From Chlamydiales bacterium (GTDB taxonomy: Bacteria > Chlamydiota > Chlamydiia > Chlamydiales > JAAKFR01): a stretch of 64,000 nt of DNA. The stretch covers positions 724,893 to 788,892 of the forward strand of contig JAJACK010000001.1 of assembly GCA_022601535.1 (NCBI GenBank), read 5' to 3'. The translations under genes were made by a program, and so were the position numbers. Positions 59,681-64,000 of this stretch are shown piece by piece (position 1 is the stretch's first letter; every line of letters begins with the position of its first letter). The notes under the pieces were generated by a model. The model was not told the DNA's origin. It ran no database searches and saw nothing but the letters and a program-made list of their open reading frames with translations.

Positions 59681-60829
59681 ATGTTCAAGCGGCTTTTACA
59701 GATCCCTCAAAAAAAGAGTTTTTTTCTCTTTGGCCCTAGAGGGACAGGAAAAACCTGGTGGATGCGTAAGCACTTTCCTCAAGGGATTTATATTGATCTG
59801 CTCAAAACAGAGGTTTACACTTCACTTATTTCAAACCCTTCACGCCTAGAAGATTATATACCTCCATCCTTTGATGACTGGATTTTAATTGATGAGGTTC
59901 AACGTATTCCTCAACTTTTAAATGAAGTGCATCGCCTCATTGAAGAGAAAGGCTATCTGTTTGTACTTACGGGTTCTAGTACTCGCAGCTTAAGGAAAAG
60001 AGGAACAAATCTCTTAGCTGGCCGAGCTTTGACCTATCACATGTATCCCCTAACTGTACCAGAGCTTGGAGAGCGGTTTCACCTTGAACAGGGGTTGAAT
60101 TTTGGGCATCTCCCTTCTATTTTTAATGAATCAAATCCTTCTCTTTACCTCAAGTCATATATAGATACATATTTAAGGGAAGAAGTTCTCCAGGAAGGAC
60201 TGACTCGCAATATCAGTGTATTCACACGGTTTTTAGAAGTTGCAAGTTTTTCTCAAGGCTCAGTTGTGAATATGTCAGCTATAGCGCGTGAGTGCCATGC
60301 TCACCGTAAGGTTGTGGAGAGCTATTTTCAAATTGTAGAAGATTTACTTTTGGGTGTTCGTCTCCCTCTTTTTAATAAGCGGGCGAAACGGAAGCTGATT
60401 TCACATCCCAAATTTTATTTTTTTGATGTTGGGGTTTACCGGTTTTTAAGACCTAAAGGGCCAATGGATTTTACAGAAAGTATCGATGGAGTAGCTATTG
60501 AAACACTGATTTTTCAAGAGCTTAGAGCGATCAATGATTATTTCCAACTCGACTATACCCTTTATTACTGGAGAACACAGAGCGGTCTTGAAGTAGATTT
60601 TGTTCTCTATGGTCCAAAAGGAATGGTTGCAATAGAGGTCAAAAGAACGACAAATGTTTCCCAAAAAGATATGAAACCACTTTTAGAATTTGGAAAAGAT
60701 TATCCGGGGAGTCATTTATTCATTTTTTATGGTGGTAAAGAGAAGATGTATCGAAATAACATCCATTTTATTCCTTTAACAATGGCTCTTCAAACCCTTC
60801 TTGAAATCATACAGATTGAGAGTAAATAG
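59681..60829 (+). CDS. AAA-family ATPase with C-terminal DUF4143 (nuclease-fold-like) domain
   Basis: Walker A FLFGPRGTGKTW. Walker B ILIDEVQ. C-terminal YYWRTQSGLEVDFVLYG...VAIEVK is typical of AAA_14/DUF4143 proteins. Confidence 0.85.
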   Translation: MFKRLLQIPQKKSFFLFGPRGTGKTWWMRKHFPQGIYIDLLKTEVYTSLISNPSRLEDYIPPSFDDWILIDEVQRIPQLLNEVHRLIEEKGYLFVLTGSSTRSLRKRGTNLLAGRALTYHMYPLTVPELGERFHLEQGLNFGHLPSIFNESNPSLYLKSYIDTYLREEVLQEGLTRNISVFTRFLEVASFSQGSVVNMSAIARECHAHRKVVESYFQIVEDLLLGVRLPLFNKRAKRKLISHPKFYFFDVGVYRFLRPKGPMDFTESIDGVAIETLIFQELRAINDYFQLDYTLYYWRTQSGLEVDFVLYGPKGMVAIEVKRTTNVSQKDMKPLLEFGKDYPGSHLFIFYGGKEKMYRNNIHFIPLTMALQTLLEIIQIESK

Positions 60830-62141
60830 GTTTAGTCGACGAAAAGGAATAAGCATCAAATGCTGTTGCAACAAGGCGAATTAAAAGTTCTCCAAGCTTT
60901 GTAACAGAAAGCTTTTCTGCCGTATTGATGACAAGCCCCTCTTTTTCAAGCGTCCCAATCCCTACATCGGCAAAATAGGTGTCAAAAGAGTGTTGGTACC
61001 GGTCGAAAAATGCTTGTTTGTCGAGCTCAAATTGACACATCAATGTATGAATCACCCATTTGCGTAGATGGTCATCATATGTCAGCACTTTGCCACGGGC
61101 AACGGGGATTTCATTACGGTCAAGGGAAGCGTAATAGTTGGGGAGATCCTTGATATTTTGAGCATAACACCCTCCTGCAAAACCGATTGCAGTGACACCA
61201 AATCCAATCATTTGCTCGGCAAGTTTTGCGCTATATCCTTGGAAATTTCGTTGCAATCTTTTTTGTTTATAACAAAGAGCCAACTCATCTTCACTTTTGG
61301 CAAAATGGTCCATTCCAATAGCAACATAGCCTGCTTTAACAAACGCTTCGCGCGCCTCTTGATAGATTTGAAATTTTGCCTCTGTACTTGGCAATGTCTC
61401 TTCGCGGATTGCATTTTGATGCTTTTTTAGCCATGGCACTTTTGCGTAGGAAAAAAGAGAAATTCGATCAGGAGCCATTTCAATCATATGTTCTACAGTG
61501 AGTCGAAATGTCTCCACTGTTTGGTAGGGAAGTCCATAGATGAGATCGATGTTGATTCCACGGAAGGAAATTTTTCGAGCCAATTCAAATGTCAGCTTAG
61601 TCATTGCGTAACTCTGTCGTCGTTTAACCGCTTCTTGCACTTTCTCATTTGTATCTTGTACACCAAAACTGACCCGATTGAATCCCAGTTCTCGATAGAA
61701 GCGGAGCTTTTCTTCATCAATTGTTCGAGGATCTATCTCAAGGGCAATCTCTCCATCAAAGTCGAGATCAAAGGCAAGGGTGATTTTTTCGAAGAGTTTT
61801 CGAAAAAGAGGCATTGTCAGTTTTGTCGGTGTCCCTCCTCCAAAATGGAGTTGCGACACTTTTTTTCGTCCTCCTAGTTCAGCTGTAACAAGGTCGATCT
61901 CTTTGCACAGGTAGTCAACATAGAGCTCTTCATTTTCTTGTTTTCGATTTAAAACGACACTACATCCACAGTAGAGACACATCGTTTTACAAAAGGGGAT
62001 ATGGAAATAGAGGGAGAGAGGTCCATTGAGGTTGTGTAACTTTTCTTGGTAGGTTGATGGATCGAGATTTTCCCAAGCAGGGGCTGTTGGGTAGCTTGTA
62101 TAACGGGGGGATGGTCGGTTAAATTTTTCGAGATCGAACAT
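60807..62141 (-). CDS. hemN: oxygen-independent coproporphyrinogen III oxidase (radical SAM)
   Basis: HIPFCKTMCLYCGC (CxxxCxxC), GGGTPT, and the HemN C-terminal domain. 444 aa. Confidence 0.93.
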   Translation of the reverse strand: MFDLEKFNRPSPRYTSYPTAPAWENLDPSTYQEKLHNLNGPLSLYFHIPFCKTMCLYCGCSVVLNRKQENEELYVDYLCKEIDLVTAELGGRKKVSQLHFGGGTPTKLTMPLFRKLFEKITLAFDLDFDGEIALEIDPRTIDEEKLRFYRELGFNRVSFGVQDTNEKVQEAVKRRQSYAMTKLTFELARKISFRGINIDLIYGLPYQTVETFRLTVEHMIEMAPDRISLFSYAKVPWLKKHQNAIREETLPSTEAKFQIYQEAREAFVKAGYVAIGMDHFAKSEDELALCYKQKRLQRNFQGYSAKLAEQMIGFGVTAIGFAGGCYAQNIKDLPNYYASLDRNEIPVARGKVLTYDDHLRKWVIHTLMCQFELDKQAFFDRYQHSFDTYFADVGIGTLEKEGLVINTAEKLSVTKLGELLIRLVATAFDAYSFSSTKPIYSQSV

Positions 62142-63087
62142 AGTTTACCAGGAATTTAACATTTTCAAATGGGATATCTGGCAAAATTCCATGTCCTAAA
62201 TTGAAGATGTAGCCAGGGTCACCTTCCATCGCATTTAAAATTCTTGAAGCTCTCTCTTCAATCATCGTTTGATCTCCGTAGAGGATCGTTGGATCTAAGT
62301 TTCCCTGCAACGCAATAGATCGGTCGATCCTTTTTCGCATTTTAGGTAGATCGTAGCTCCAATCTAAACTGATTGCAGAAGGGGCAATTTTTGCAATATC
62401 CATTGCATGCATCCCTCGAGCAAAAACAATCACAGGAACTTTTGGTTTGATCGCTTTTACAATTTGTTCAAGGTAGGGGAGTGAAAAGCGTCTAAATTCA
62501 TCGGGACCGATGTGGTTGGCCCAAGAATCAAAGAGCTGAATTGCATCGACACCTGCATCGATTTGGAGATTGAGGTAGGTGATGGTCTCTTCTGTCACCT
62601 GGTCGAGCATTTTTTCAAACTCTTTGGGCTTAGTAAAAAGCATCCGTTTCATTTTGAGGAACGTTTTCGTCGTCTCCCCTTCAATCAGGTAGCTTGCAAT
62701 TGTAAAAGGAGCTCCAGCAAAACCAAGAAGAGGAACAGAGAGCTCTTGTTTCAACTGCTCGATTGCAATTTTGATGTGTGGATACGCATTTTTTTTAGGT
62801 TTAAAGTGGGAGAAATCGATCTTTGGACCTGGATCAAACGTATAAGAGACGCCAAGACCATTGAGAACTGTGAGGATATCGCTGAATAAAATAGCTCCAT
62901 CAAGAGGGAAAGAGGCAAAAGGGAGTTTTGTCACTTCCACAATGGTTTTAGGGTCGTGAAACATTTCGAGGAGGGATTGCCTTTTTTTAAAAGCAGCGTA
63001 GTCGGGTAGGTAGCGACCAGCTTGCCGCATCAACCAAATAGGAGCGCGATTTTTGTTCTTGCAGGTGAGAGCATCTAGAAGTGGCAT
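62119..63087 (-). CDS. hemE: uroporphyrinogen decarboxylase
   Basis: APIWLMRQAGRYLPDY is the signature at the N-terminus. 322 aa. Overlaps the hemN start by 23 nt. Confidence 0.93.
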   Translation of the reverse strand: MPLLDALTCKNKNRAPIWLMRQAGRYLPDYAAFKKRQSLLEMFHDPKTIVEVTKLPFASFPLDGAILFSDILTVLNGLGVSYTFDPGPKIDFSHFKPKKNAYPHIKIAIEQLKQELSVPLLGFAGAPFTIASYLIEGETTKTFLKMKRMLFTKPKEFEKMLDQVTEETITYLNLQIDAGVDAIQLFDSWANHIGPDEFRRFSLPYLEQIVKAIKPKVPVIVFARGMHAMDIAKIAPSAISLDWSYDLPKMRKRIDRSIALQGNLDPTILYGDQTMIEERASRILNAMEGDPGYIFNLGHGILPDIPFENVKFLVNYVRSRKI

Positions 63088-63165
63088 GGAGAGAAGAGTA
63101 AGTTTTGTGGGAGCTTTTATTCAAGATATTTGAATTTAAACTCAGAAATAGTTATCTCTTGAGGA

Positions 63166-64000
63166 ATGGAAGGAGAAAAAAGGGGAAATCGTTCATTTTG
63201 GATGTGGCTTGTTACTGCATTCATCATCTTTTGTGGGTGTAGCTATTTCATCTACTGGTTTTTTTATGCCCGAACAATAGAGACGACAAAAGATGCGTAC
63301 GTGCAGGGAAACCTCTCCCAAATTTCGGCACAAGTGTCAGCCCCCATCTCTTCGGTCTATGCAAAGCGGAGCGATCTTGTAGAAGAGGGGCAGCTCCTTA
63401 TTGAGCTCGATCCTTCCGACTATCTCGTCAGTTATGAAAATGCCAAAGCTGGAATTGATTTGGCTGTTCGCCATGTCATGGAACTCTTTGAGCGAGCTGA
63501 TGAGGCAAGACTTAGCTACCTTTTACGTGTCGAACAAGAGAAACAGGCGCTTTCAAACTATCTTCATAGAAAAAATCTTGAAAGGACAGGTGCATTGGCG
63601 CAAGAGCAGATCGAAGATGCGGAAACGAATTTTCAAGTGGCTTGTCTGCAAACAGAAATTGCAAAAATACAGCTAGAAGAGGCGCAATCTCAGGTTGAAG
63701 GAACGACTGTGGAAACACACCCTTCTGTGGAACAAGCAAAAGCAACGTTTTTTCAAGCTGCTCTCAATCTAAAACGGACAAAAATCTACAGCCCTATTCG
63801 TGGCATTATTGCAGAACGTGGAGCTCAAGTGGGATCGATTGCCTCACCTGGACAAAATTTGTTTTCGATCACTTCCCTCTCAGATATCTGGGTTGAAGCG
63901 AACTTTAAGGAGACTCAACTCAGCTCAATTGGAGCAGGAGAGAGGGTTAAACTTAAAGCTGACCTCTACGGAGGAGGCGTCACGTTTGAAGGAACGGTTT
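63166..64000 (+). CDS. HlyD-family membrane fusion protein (EmrA-like), 3' partial; absent from ORF track because it runs off the window
   Basis: Hand translation from the ATG at 63166 has no stop to 64000. Sequence: MEGEKRGNRSFWMWLVTAFIIF...TKDAYVQGNLSQISAQVSAPISSVYAKRSDLVEEGQLLIELDPSDY...IYSPIRGIIAERGAQVGS. The EmrA-type TDDAYV.GN...I...V.G motif is present. Confidence 0.85.
   Translation, partial: MEGEKRGNRSFWMWLVTAFIIFCGCSYFIYWFFYARTIETTKDAYVQGNLSQISAQVSAPISSVYAKRSDLVEEGQLLIELDPSDYLVSYENAKAGIDLAVRHVMELFERADEARLSYLLRVEQEKQALSNYLHRKNLERTGALAQEQIEDAETNFQVACLQTEIAKIQLEEAQSQVEGTTVETHPSVEQAKATFFQAALNLKRTKIYSPIRGIIAERGAQVGSIASPGQNLFSITSLSDIWVEANFKETQLSSIGAGERVKLKADLYGGGVTFEGTV

Noticed and set aside
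63401-63745. ORFs 63401-63676 (+) and 63512-63745 (-).
   Set aside because: They are out of frame with, or antisense to, the clearly EmrA/HlyD-like reading frame that starts at 63166 and runs off the window.

Overview
This 64 kb window looks like a Chlamydiae chromosome, most consistent with Simkania or Simkaniaceae. I cannot confirm the taxon without a database search. The supporting evidence is: a 16S 5' end reading CTGAGAATTTGATCTTGGTTCAG; a chlamydial-style ribosomal protein cluster; an Hc1 histone-like gene; ftsK-yycJ-SET synteny; and a group I intron with a LAGLIDADG ORF in the 23S rRNA.

Layout:
- 1-10.3 kb: ribosomal protein/secY/rpoA cluster.
- 10.3-12.4 kb: gapA and two lineage-specific genes.
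- 12.5-15.9 kb: tightly coupled operon of receiver, PAS kinase, aldo/keto reductase and CAS-like dioxygenase.
- 15.9-24.2 kb: accessory stretch with an Inc-like membrane protein, a BtaA-like DUF3419 protein, a beta-barrel OMP, a disulfide-reductase::DedA fusion, an AGCS transporter, a PEBP protein and duplicated mini-lipoprotein genes.
- 24.2-27.8 kb: SET, MBL hydrolase and FtsK.
- 28.4-34.5 kb: tRNA-His and a complete 16S-23S-5S operon.
- 34.6-41.2 kb: acyltransferase, Yip1-like protein and a five-gene glycosyltransferase/TagF-like cluster.
- 41.2-45.8 kb: TPR-ExbB-ExbD operon.
- 45.9-46.5 kb: hctA.
- 46.6-52.0 kb: dense two-component island with no DNA-binding outputs.
- 52-64 kb: housekeeping genes (rlmD-like, yajC, htpG, nqrF, nadE, hemY/hemN/hemE interrupted by a DUF4143 ATPase, and a 3'-partial HlyD/EmrA-like gene).

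No CRISPR array, transposase or integrase was seen.

Most notable observations:
1. The output-less signalling island includes a globin-coupled pseudo-kinase whose phospho-acceptor His is replaced by Asp.
2. A TagF-like, teichoic-acid-style glycopolymer cluster sits in a chlamydial background.
3. The SET-domain gene needs its N-terminal half for the fold, but that half has no canonical start codon. The options are an ATT start or a +1 slip from the upstream gene.
4. The 23S rRNA carries a group I intron with a homing endonuclease ORF.
5. An ATPase gene, flanked by three 32-bp-phased palindromes, is inserted in the heme operon.
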